A stretch of DNA of 63,857 bases. Source: Octopus bimaculoides (lineage: Eukaryota). The stretch is taken from NCBI RefSeq assembly GCF_001194135.2, contig NC_068992.1, forward strand, positions 5,917,520 through 5,981,376, written 5' to 3'. Below the pieces are notes generated by a model. It worked only from the letters and a program-made list of their open reading frames with translations. It searched no databases and had not been told where the DNA came from. Shown in pieces: positions 52,654 through 63,857 of this stretch. Position numbers and translations under genes: made by a program. The stretch's first letter is position 1; the number at the start of each line of letters is the position of its first letter.

Positions 52654-53474
52654 AAGAGAGAGAGAGAGAAATAGAGAGACGGAAAGAGAGAGAGAGAGAG
52701 AGAGAAAGAAATTGGAGGGGAAGAGAAACAGAAATTAGTGCCATGTTGTTCTGTATTTCGTACAGAAGATTGATTGCAGAAATACAGTGAAGATTACAAA
52801 ATTTATAGGTGAAATGTTATATATTGCTCTTCAATCATTGCTCCTTTTAAATCTCAAGTATTGGTATTTATCATTCCACCTCTTACACGGTGATGTCGCT
52901 GGAAAACACACATGGCTTCCATTAGTATATTTGATTTATTTTGTGCTGTCTATGTTATGCTCGTATTTCAAGTTATATGGTATATACATCAATGTGTTTT
53001 CGTTCAATGACATTAATAAAATAATATTTAAAACATTGCACTGGTTTGATCAACTCCACTGCACTTTATATCACTTATATATCCATAATTTTACCTAATT
53101 TTCTTCAGGGTTGTGCACAGGAATTTATGTAAAAATACACATAAAAATTTTCCTGTCATTTAGTTATGTAAAATTTGAGCAGACACACGTTCTATATTTA
53201 TATCCGCAAAGCCTGGCATAGGTAACAAACAATGCATGTTATCTTTTTTCTTCTTTTTTAGGCTCTGACTATCCATAATGGAAACTGGATATAATTAAAA
53301 TTATTTTTGATCCAAGTATCCTAAACATCGTGTATGATGAATATAGGATTATGCTTTTCAGTTACTCTGTCTCATCTATTAAGACGTTGCGATGCGATGA
53401 AAGGGATGGGAGGTTGGCTATTATTCGTAACAGGTAGAAGGTTTGCATGCAGGTATTTTGAATGAATGCTTGAA

Positions 53475-53511
<37 letters not shown>

Positions 53512-54285
53512 TGGTGTCGCATCAGATCATCTCTTATAATATAGACTTTTGTTAAATTATTTATCAAACCGTTTATCATTCACAAATATTCCATCTACAA
53601 TAAACATTTTTAATGTGACTTTTAGTATGATATAATATTCTGTTACTTCTAGGAGGACATGCTGCAGGTGGCGCTCTTTAGTCCGTTGATCACGCTTTGT
53701 TAAATGTCGTACATAGCAAATCAACTAACATCTCACCCACTTTTCCTGCTTTCCCAATGGCGTGATATTTCGTTTATAAGCCAGTCACCTGTTTCTCTTG
53801 CACTACAGGTACCGTTTCAGTAGTATTAGTAGTAGTAGTAGTAGTAGGAGGAGGAGGAGGAGGAGGAGGAGGTGGAGGAGGATGGGAGGAGGGGGAGGAG
53901 TAGCTATGTATGTGTAGAAGTAGCTATGTATGTGTCTCCGTAAAATTAAATTTCTCGTAGTACATGCTGTCCATCTTGATTGTCTTTAACCTCCAGATAA
54001 ACCTGACACCTAGCTGTCTCTATTATTAACTAGAGATTTGGTGCTAGTTCCTAAATTCACTCGTATTCTTTTGAATTTTTCACAATATTTTAATGCTTAA
54101 ATTTTTCTTAGTATTTTCCTCAGATAGAGATATGAGAACCAGGTCATCACTATGAATCGTTGTCTGGCGATTTCCAATCAGATTTTACTCATTCACTAAA
54201 CCAAATTATGACACAGCCATGTATTCATACAAGAACGCAGACATCTTTATTTCTCTTTCTATCTTCGTCTCTCTCTCTATGTCTT

Positions 54286-54319
<34 letters not shown>

Positions 54320-56578
54320 GATCTTTCTATCTATATCTCTTTCTTTATATTTGTATATGCATGTATGCATTTCCGACTATGTGTATGTATATATATATAT
54401 ATATATATAGTCACCACAAACACACACACACACACAAACGTAGGCATGTGTATATGTGTAAATAAATGTATGCATGCGTGTACATATTTTCATAAACACA
54501 GTTACATTCTGAAACTCCTGGAAAGCTACACACACACACACGCACACACACGTACAAAAAGACACAATTAGCTTAAATGTGAATGTTATAGCTGCAGGAT
54601 GTATAAAATATGCGCATAATTTCAAAAAGCTAAAGTACAGCCAGCTGTAATCACAGATTATATTGCCGACGACAGACATCTAATAATATTGAAAAATAAC
54701 ATTGTTCTCATCTATCAAGTAGCTATCAATACAATATTCTATTTTCTCTCGTCTGCTGTCAGATCTTTCTACAACAAATGGCAAATGAAATCACAGGCAT
54801 GAAAAGATGAATGACAATCTGATAACATATACTATTTTTATGACACGTGCACTCTAATGGAAAGAAGGGATGGAATTAGTGAGGTGAGGAGTGCAGGTAT
54901 AGGGAAATCGTTACACGTCTTTGATAGAATATACATATATACATATAAAGAGTGACTCATGAAAGAGCTGAGATATAGGCCGATATTAATTTATACATAC
55001 GTATGATAGTAAGCATACATATATTTATGTGTATATATGGGTCTGTATGTAGCTATATATTTATGTACATACACGTACACACACACACCCGCACACTCAC
55101 ATGCATATATGTGTATGCTAAAATATAAGTGTATGAGGCGTAGAAAAAATTAATTGAACATCTTGTCAAAACTACAAGACAACTTTTCAATAAAGGCCAC
55201 GATCATGATTTGAGGGAGAGAAAAACTTGACAGGATCTTATAGAATAAGAATAAAATGTCAGACAAGTGTTAATAGGAGATCGAAACAATAGTTGAATGC
55301 CTGACTGAAGTGGTTACTTATGTAAATAGTATTTTTCAGAGATGTTCTTAACGACGCTATGAGTAATTCACGTTTTAATCACCAAATATTATCAGGTTTA
55401 CATTCTAAGTTATTATTATTTTTAACTGTATATGATTTTCTTTAATTCCTGTCAAAATTGGAACCTCTTCAGAACATTTACTCTGCTGGCTTCAGAATTT
55501 GCTACATGTAATAATGTATATTAAACGGCTATTTTTCACAAACTTTTCTGATGCCTATAAGGTAATTAAAATTTAGAAAGATATGTAGTTGAAGTAGATA
55601 CTTCTTATCTAAATAGACAATATAATAACAAGCTGGTTTGAAGAGATCTGAAATAATTAGTATTAAGAGGAACATATACCACATGCCTATCATATGACAA
55701 GAAAAATGAATGTCTGTCTCGAAGACTCGTTTAACACATTTCGTGAAGAGAAGAAGTGCAACAATAGAACATTCATGATAATAAGAACAATCACGATTGG
55801 GGTAAGAATTAAATGTATAATTATTTAAATATTTTTGGATTTAATTCATCTTCTTTCAAATAAATTCCACTTGACGTATGGCTGAAGAGAATTTTCTCAG
55901 TGATATCATATTATAAATTTATACATAAACATATAAACACACAGGCACACACACATACACACACATACACACACATACACACCCATACGCACACACATAT
56001 ACACAAACAAGCAAAAGCAAGGAAGCACNNNNNNNNNNNNNNNNNNNNNNNNNNNNNNNNNNNNNNNNNNNNNNNNNNNNNNNNNNNNNNNNNNNNNNNN
56101 NNNNNNNNNNNNNNNNNNNNNNNNNNNNNNNNNNNNNNNNNNNNNNNNNNNNNNNNNNNNNNNNNNNNNNNNNNNNNNNNNNNNNNNNNNNNNNNNNNNN
56201 NNNNNNNNNNNNNNNNNNNNNNNNNNNNNNNNNNNNNNNNNNNNNNNNNNNNNNNNNNNNNNNNNNNNNNNNNNNNNNNNNNNNNNNNNNNNNNNNNNNN
56301 NNNNNNNNNNNNNNNNNNNNNNNNNNNNNNNNNNNNNNNNNNNNNNNNNNNNNNNNNNNNNNNNNNNNNNNNNNNNNNNNNNNNNNNNNNNNNNNNNNNN
56401 NNNNNNNNNNNNNNNNNNNNNNNNNNNNNNNNNNNNNNNNNNNNNNNNNNNNNNNNNNNNNNNNNNNNNNNNNNNNNNNNNNNNNNNNNNNNNNNNNNNN
56501 NNNNNNNNNNNNNNNNNNNNNNNNNNNNNNNNNNNNNNNNNNNNNNNNNNNNNNNNNNNNNNNNNNNNNNNNNNNNNN

Positions 56579-56720
56579 CCCCCCCCGAGTGCTCAACCGC
56601 TATTTAGTTTATTGACCCCGATGTTTGAAAGGCAAAATTGACTGACATAGATGCAATTTTAACTCAGAACGTAAGGATGGATAATATTCAATTAATCATG
56701 CTACCCAGCAAGCTAACGAA
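56579..56720 (-). mobile_element. SINE family C, degenerate copy
   Basis: tttattgaccccga..tgaaaggcaaaattgac...ttt.aactcagaacgtaag is colinear with 28665-28735. Confidence 0.7.
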
Positions 56721-56984
56721 GTTGTGGGAATTAAAATAATTGTGTCATTTTCTACCTTCGGAAGCAGTCAACTCATCGCGAAGAAAGTAATATATTCCTG
56801 TCTAGGAAAAATGTGACCATGTCACCTAATCTTCCGTCGGGTATCCTCTCTAACTTCAGTATTTTTTTACTTCAAAGTGACAATGCGATGTACACATTCG
56901 TGAAAGATACACAGCCTTCATCTGCTGGAATTTAATTTTCTACATATTGACCATCAATTCAATGTCTGTATAATTGTTATGATG

Positions 56985-57450
56985 TAGTTCTATTTCCCCC
57001 ATATTTCAGCCAAGAGCTTCTCAATTTCGGTTATTTGAGCAGACTGGATATGTCTTGATGTGTTTCGTTTTGTTTTTCTTCTGATTTAGTTACCATAGAA
57101 TATATTTCTGTTTCCACAATGCGTTTTATTTTTATATAAATTGTTTATGTCTCTGTTCGAATCGATTCGTCTGATCCGTCGGGCTTTTGCAGCAATTAGT
57201 TGCTTCAGATATTTACTAATTTCGGTCTTTCTGTCTTACGTTTAATGCTCTGTCTCCTATATCCATATTCTTTTCCTTCACATGGTTTTTTTTCTGTTAT
57301 TTATTTACCGTTTTGTTGTTAGACTGAACTAATTCATATTTATTTATGTTAATATTGATAAGTGCTTTCTGTTTTGGTTAATCTGTTTCCGCATTTTTTC
57401 CCGTTGTTTACCACTGTTCCTACTACTCCTATCTTTATTTAATACCTTAT
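56985..57450 (-). mobile_element. RLE-clade LINE fragment (pre-RT region), same family as 16465-17470
   Basis: Minus-strand YLKQLIAAKARRIRR...RNIFY...TEIEKLLAEIWG (cf. LKQ...AK...I.RY...N.K.FY...E.E.FW..IWG). Confidence 0.75.
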
Positions 57451-60059
57451 ATTATCTATTCCTGCAGTGTACATTATTCTAGTATATCATTACAGAGTAT
57501 ATGTGATTTATACGGGTTATATTTACTTCATCATTTAAGTTATGATGTACTTGTTGTATCTTTTTATTGAGCATTTCGTGTTTCCCCCACGTGATTGCTA
57601 TTCTGCGTGTCTCTGCTTTTTCTTCAATTCTAGTACATATTATGTCTTCAGTTTTTCTTCTTATTTCTTCTTTCGTCTTCCTGTATTATTTATGCTGTTT
57701 TATCATTTCAATGTTTGCATTACTTTGAACGTCTTGTATCAAATTAATTCTAGATGTGTCTACCGAATTCGTATGGTTGTTTGAAAATTGCATAGGTTTT
57801 GTATTTATTTGGTCACTGGTCCTAACGTCAACGTTGTATTTTATCGTTTAACCACAGGTCGATTTTGTTCGATGAGACACTTCGCTCGAAACTATCCCAG
57901 TCATAATTTTACATCTAACTTTCAAGTCAAATATTATCTAGTAATCATTTCTAGAAATGATATGATGATGTCTGTACAAAATTTCTCTAATATATGTAGT
58001 AAGTACCCTGGATACGTATATACTTTCTTGCAGGCTCGTAAATACTTCTTTTAGATATTCTGAGATTTGTTTGTAATGTGTTAATACCTATTGCATTAAA
58101 GGATTTATTTGCCAACATTCTCAGCCTGACATTCCAAAGAGAGTTTCTCTTGACAGTGTTACCATTGCTATGATTTAACTCCCAAGCACATTCCCATCAA
58201 AGCAAGTCTATTTTCAAAAGTATCCCGGCTGTAATAATTATGTCTTTTAACTACGCGCACTACACTAAAGAGTGCATCCTCTAATATATGAATATTTCTG
58301 TAAAGTATCTATGTATGAATTATATCTAGCATATAGAGCGATTACTTGTCGTGACCATGAGGATGGCAGTAATATACATAGCATTCTGTTATGCAAAATA
58401 ACTAAATAATATGAAAATACAAACTTCTTTCCGTGTATATGTTTCATTCTTTTGTGGTCGTTTCTCTTTTCTTTTATGCGTATATTTCCCGAATGTAAAA
58501 TCAAATACCCATGGTATTCAACATTATCAATCCCTTTTGTTTTCTGTCATTGGTGATAACGAAAACAGCAATAATAATTATAATTTACACATAATATATG
58601 TAAATTTCTGAAGCTAAGAGTTGTCAATAATTCTCTGTGCTTGTCATTCAATTTGTATATAGATTATTGATAATGTTATGTTTTGCAAAGGGGCAAAATG
58701 ATATAAGAACATGTAAAATTGAAGTAGCAGCCATATTTCCATTAAATCAAATCCTACTTTACAACAAATTGAGGGCATTCATTAGATAATGTTACACTGG
58801 ACATATTGGATCTGAAATAAAGGCCTGATTATCATGAAGGAAACGTCGATGCATAAATTATAAATATGTTATGATGATTGGCTAAGATTCCCCTGTTAGT
58901 ATTAACTGCCATATCCTGCAGTATCGTTAATCAATCAATGTTTGTGAATTTCTCGAGTTTCTGATTGCATCGTTTGTGTTATACATCTGGTAATTCCAGA
59001 TAATTTGCTCCTGGTGAACATACACAATTTCTGCTTGCTTGGCGCTCTGAATGAATTCAATTATTTTGTTAACTCCTCTAAATATTGGTCGATCCATTGA
59101 GGAAACCTTCTCTTCGTTACTAGAATTAGCAGCCAAATTTCATTTAAACCACACATATGGAAAAGGATATCTGAGAATTCATTGTACAGTATCCTATCAA
59201 ATATATGTGCATGAGAAAAGAAACCTACGTTTATAGCTACATGCGTTTTGATCATTCCTGTCAGGTAATCCAGTGGAAAATTTCCACATCAACAGAAGCA
59301 ACAAAATCAGCAAAAGGAAATCGAACCAATGAAAGATCAATTACATATTTATTCAATCACTCACAAAATGAGGGGGAAATATTGCTTACACTAAATTACA
59401 TCAAAAGTTAGAAGGTAGTTTAAATAAGTTTTGATGTGTGTTTAAAGGTGCGAAACGTATCGAATGAATCTGTACCCAAAGTTGTGAAAAATTACTCTTA
59501 TACGTGAAATCCTACAGCAACGTTAAGCATATATACGACCCCTTTCCTTCTTGTCATTTTCCGGACCTTTAATAATGAGCTTTCAGCCATGGACATTTTA
59601 TCCATTGTGCAAATGATTCGTTAGAGGTAAGAATTTGTTTACGATTTGATATATAAATTATCCCTTCGGATACTTTATCATGGTATACTTCGGTGAGTAT
59701 ATATAGTCACCTCTGATAAGCTATCAAGAAATTGAACGAGCCTAATTTTACACTGAGAAACATTGAGAGAAGAGAAAGAAAACTTCAGAATATGCGCTAC
59801 AATAGTCTAGCGGCAAATAAAATACTACAGGTATATATAAGATAATGTACTCAGAATCTTTGTTGGAGTTTTGTTTTCGGATCTGTGAAAGAGTGATCAC
59901 AGGATTAAAAAGAAAAAACTCCAGAAAACGACACAGTTTCCTCAAGATTCCGGAAAATTTTAAACTGGAAATCTTCTCAAAGAAAAAAAAAACTAATAAA
60001 ATGACTATTCTAAAACTTACTAAACACTTAGAACAACATGTTCTGGTCGGAGTCAAATG

Positions 60060-60270
60060 CATGTACATCAGTAGTGACGATGACAGCATCCATGATTGCA
60101 GCGATGACAGCGATGAGGATACACAACACTACAATGATGACAAAGGAGATGACGATGAGGGAAGCTACGTCCATGATGGTGATGGTGATGATGATGATGA
60201 TGAGGTAGAGGAGGAGGAAGATAGGGAGGTTGCTCATATTGACGAGGCGGATGAGAAGAATGAGGACGTG
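60060..60270. repeat. Degenerate (GAT/GAC/GAG) triplet field
   Basis: Read directly. Forms the acidic half of ORF 59845-60297. Confidence 0.8.
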
Positions 60271-60543
60271 CTTGAAGGAATGTGTTGGTGTACATAAGCT
60301 GCTATCTAATTTTCTATTATAAATTATTTAAGTTCCATTATATTAAATAAGAAAATATGTCGTATGAAATTAAATTTAAGCGATATTGTAGTCTTAGTGA
60401 ATACATCCTGGAAAAGTTGTTATGAATATGACCTATATTATTTTGCAATGTTTTTAGTTTCTCTTTCTTTATTTTATTTTCTCCTTCTTTTGTTTTCATG
60501 ATATTTTTATTACAATTCACAATGCTTAGTTGCATATTTATAG

Positions 60544-60587
<44 letters not shown>

Positions 60588-61170
60588 GCATTTTTTTTCT
60601 CAAAATATGTTTCATTAAAGGAAAGGAAATCAAATAGAAGACAAAGCTATGCATTTTTTACTTGCTTACTGATTTTTTAAAAAGTACTTCTTAACAGAAA
60701 TAAATTAGATATTTTCTTATTCTATTTAAATTTTATCTTCATTATTTTGTTTTTAGTTAATATGACGGCTTAAAAGGTAAGATTTCGTTATTAGTTAGTA
60801 ACTTGAGAAAATGAGATGCAGAGTCAGGAATAATTCAATTTAGGAGTTCCCACTTATACGAACAAAAGAAAAATTACTCGTGTTAATTAGAAATCAAATA
60901 AAAGGTAACTTTGAGATAGTTTATTTCATTTTACATAAAAGACAAAATATTAATTACTTTGCAGTATTGGATTTCAAAAAATCTCTTACAAATAATATTG
61001 TTATGAAGAAAGATATAGCCAGAGTCAGTAACGTCAGTAAAAATTTGAAGTGAACAACGCAAATACCAAAAGAATTACACTAGCATGTTAGCAGGTGTTT
61101 GTGTAAAGAAGATTATTTTAATCCTAACATGTGATACTGGATTCGAATTAGGGGTATGCATCTAAAACAT

Positions 61171-61403
61171 TTTTACTTTTTACCTTTTAATTGTTTCAGT
61201 CATTAAACTGCGGCCATGCTACGGCACCGCCTTCAATCTTCAGTGGAATGAATTGAATCCAGAGTATCTTTTTTGCTGAACCTGGTATTTACATTATAGG
61301 ATCCTTTGGCCGAACCGCTATGTTACGTGGATGTAAACACACCAAGATCGGTTGTCAAGCGGTGGTGGGGTCTAATGCAGACATGAAGACTAACTCAGGG
61401 ATA

Positions 61404-61450
<47 letters not shown>

Positions 61451-61632
61451 GCATATACACACATATATTCTATGGGAGTCTTCCAATTTTTTTCTACCAA
61501 ATCCACTCACAGGGCTTTGGTCGGGCCAAAGCAATAGTAGAAGAAATTTTCTCAAGGTGTCACGAAGTGGGTCTGAACCCAGGAGCAAGTGGTTCGGAAG
61601 CAAGATTCTTACCACATAACCACGCCTATGCC
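61171..61632 (-). mobile_element. SINE family A, full-length, with internal (CA)n
   Basis: The reverse complement is colinear with 42266-42618: head ggcataggcgtggttatgtggtaagaatcttgcttcc, and tail ggcggtgccgtagcatggccgcag...atgactgaaacaa. Confidence 0.92.
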
Positions 61633-61994
61633 GATATGCATGTAAGCAATATTTTTTGTTGGGATTCTTTAAATTCGGCGTTAGTATGAATTCTTTGAGA
61701 GATCCATGAGTATCGGGCTCACTACATGCGTCCAGCTGTATGTACCATGATATTTGTTCTTTTCAACTATGAAATACTTTCCTAGTGATACTAGCCGTGC
61801 CCATGTGACAAAGGTTTTGCAACGGTTCTACCGAGCAGTCTATTACAATTTTTATTTATATTCCTCTCAATATCTTTGACACGGTGCCCGAGGACCCCAA
61901 AATAAGCAGCAATGTCTTAACGCTTTTACCTTCTGCAGATGAGCAATCTAGCGTTTCAGAGTATAGTATACGTCTACATGCTAGTAGAGGCACA

Positions 61995-62200
61995 AGTTGT
62001 TGTTGTTGTTGTTGTTGTCGTCGTCGTCGTCGTTGTTGATCCAGGGGCAGTAACATGAGTAATGATAACAGCAGCACTAGTAGCATCCTTCTTCTAATCA
62101 GCATCATACGCATCACCATCATCGTCGTGGCTGTCAGCAGCGTCATCAATATCATCATCATCATCATCGTTACCATCATCATCACCATCATCATTATTGA
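61995..62200. repeat. (GTT)n(GTC)n followed by a degenerate (CAT/CAG) field
   Basis: Read directly. Confidence 0.9.
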
Positions 62201-62757
62201 TGTGCACATAAGATATCGATTTGAAACGCGACAATATGGGTGGTCATGGTTAGAGTGGATTCCCTCCAGATTTCTCCTAATTGCACCACATTATCATACG
62301 TTTCTCTCTTTTTTTAAGATATAAACTTTTAAAAATTTCTGAGAGTTGTGGTTGCGATTCCTACCTATTTCTGTATAATAATATTTAGCCAATCTAAGAC
62401 ATATAACAATGATTTTATAGCCGTGGTCAACTAGTTACCTTCTCCAAAAGAGTGCATCTCGAACTATAGCAATTTTCATTTCAATTAATGCAATAGATTG
62501 TGATAAGTTTTCTGCCTCCAGCGGATCGAGTGATTATAAAAATTTCTCATTTCTTTGTTTGTATGTTTTTGTGGCAGAACTATGATCTGGCAAAGCCATA
62601 ATCAGTGACGTTCAGACCAAAGTCTTTCACTTTTAGATGTCTAGCTTTATAGAAAGACAAATTGACAAATGATAGTGTAAGGCCACTAGCAACGGAAGAC
62701 GTTAGGTTCCGCATAATAGAAATGAACTGAAATACNNNNNNNNNNCACACATACACT

Positions 62758-62805
<48 letters not shown>

Positions 62806-63857
62806 AGTTGTTAGGTATACGTATATATTTATATATCTATAATACGCTCGATCGGAATGAAGAGAATAGAGAATATATTGTACAAAAATTGTCTTCTGCA
62901 GCGTCAGTTAGTCTGGCTTATTTAGTTAGTGTTCTTCTACGAACGACTGTTTATTGCTGATTTTAAAAGAAATATGACTGTGATTATTACGTTAGTGTAC
63001 TGATCAAAGACCATCCGTGCCAAAAAGCTTCTAAGTGTTCTCTGTTATGACGAAGTACATATGAAATTTATGTACTAATGTTCGGATTTTTAAAACTTAG
63101 AATGGATAACATTCTGGCAATAAAATCTAGCAAGCCCTAGAAAAGACAATGTTGCTTTCACAATTGATGAAGCATTCAACATGCTAAAATGGTAAAGAAG
63201 TGTGTGTACTATGCGAAAGAAATACAAAAAGAAAAATAGATAAAAGATACAAATAGAAAATTATTTAAAACACAACTATATCATTAATAGCTTAATGTTC
63301 TAAAAAATATTGTAAACAAACAGGCAAAAACCAGCAACAAAAGTTATTTTCAATGTTTTCAGTGATTTAATTCAATCACACGGCAACAAATATAAATACG
63401 AAGAAAAAAACCATTTACTATTGTGAACGTTTTGTTGTCATTTTTAATATTTTTTTCTTTTTTTTTTTTTCTTTTCTCATTCCACTTCATGGCAGAATCA
63501 ACATACATTTGGTTTCAAGCAAGAATTCTAAACACTTTTGATATTCGATACAGCCATAAAAATATTCGAAGATTATTTCATCATCCTGCTCTAACTGTGT
63601 TTTTTGTCTTTCTCTGTTCTTTTCATTCGTCATTCTATCACACAACTTTCCCTCTATTTCCCCGCTCTTTCACAGGCTGTATGTCCTTCTTCCTCTCTCT
63701 TCTACCAATTTCATTTCTCTACCAAATCCATTTTTTCAAGCTCCTCAATTTACACGTAAAGTCGTTAGATTCCATTAAGATTATTAAAACACAGAACATA
63801 GTCATTGATTTAGTCCCTTCCATATGAAGTTTTCACATCAAATCGATTCTACTTTTG

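Noticed and set aside
55130-55800. Possible RTE remnant (RRLV*HIS*REE)
   Set aside because: One degenerate motif only.
5911-62324. Dozens of ORF-track entries rich in HT, CV, YI, SL, ER, poly-H/M/D/T/V or X
   Set aside because: They are translations of microsatellites and N-gaps, not genes.

Overview
This is AT-rich eukaryotic DNA, packed with microsatellites and broken by 13 N-gaps. It is not prokaryotic: I see no operons, CRISPR array or rRNA. The SINE families look to me like octopus (coleoid cephalopod) repeats; that is recall, not a database result. I found no supportable host protein-coding exon, so the window reads as a giant intron or intergenic region. Nearly every entry in the ORF track is a microsatellite or N-gap artefact. 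What can be supported is a transposon graveyard: a truncated mariner nested in an RLE-type (R4/Dong-like) LINE, plus decayed CR1-like, RTE-like, Penelope-like and hAT remnants. There are also at least three tRNA-derived SINE families, which I label A, B and C. The best second-look items are: (1) a minimal type-I hammerhead ribozyme fold at 17685-17730 in a Penelope-type module, with mutated core positions; (2) an ~815-bp fold-back element at 7934-8748; (3) module swapping among SINEs (an A/B chimera at 19493-19718, and family B carrying two different 3' modules); (4) a tandem 15-mer burst exactly at the mariner/LINE deletion junction. I do not see a convincing new multi-gene system. All protein-remnant calls come from manual translation across stops and frameshifts, and their boundaries are approximate.
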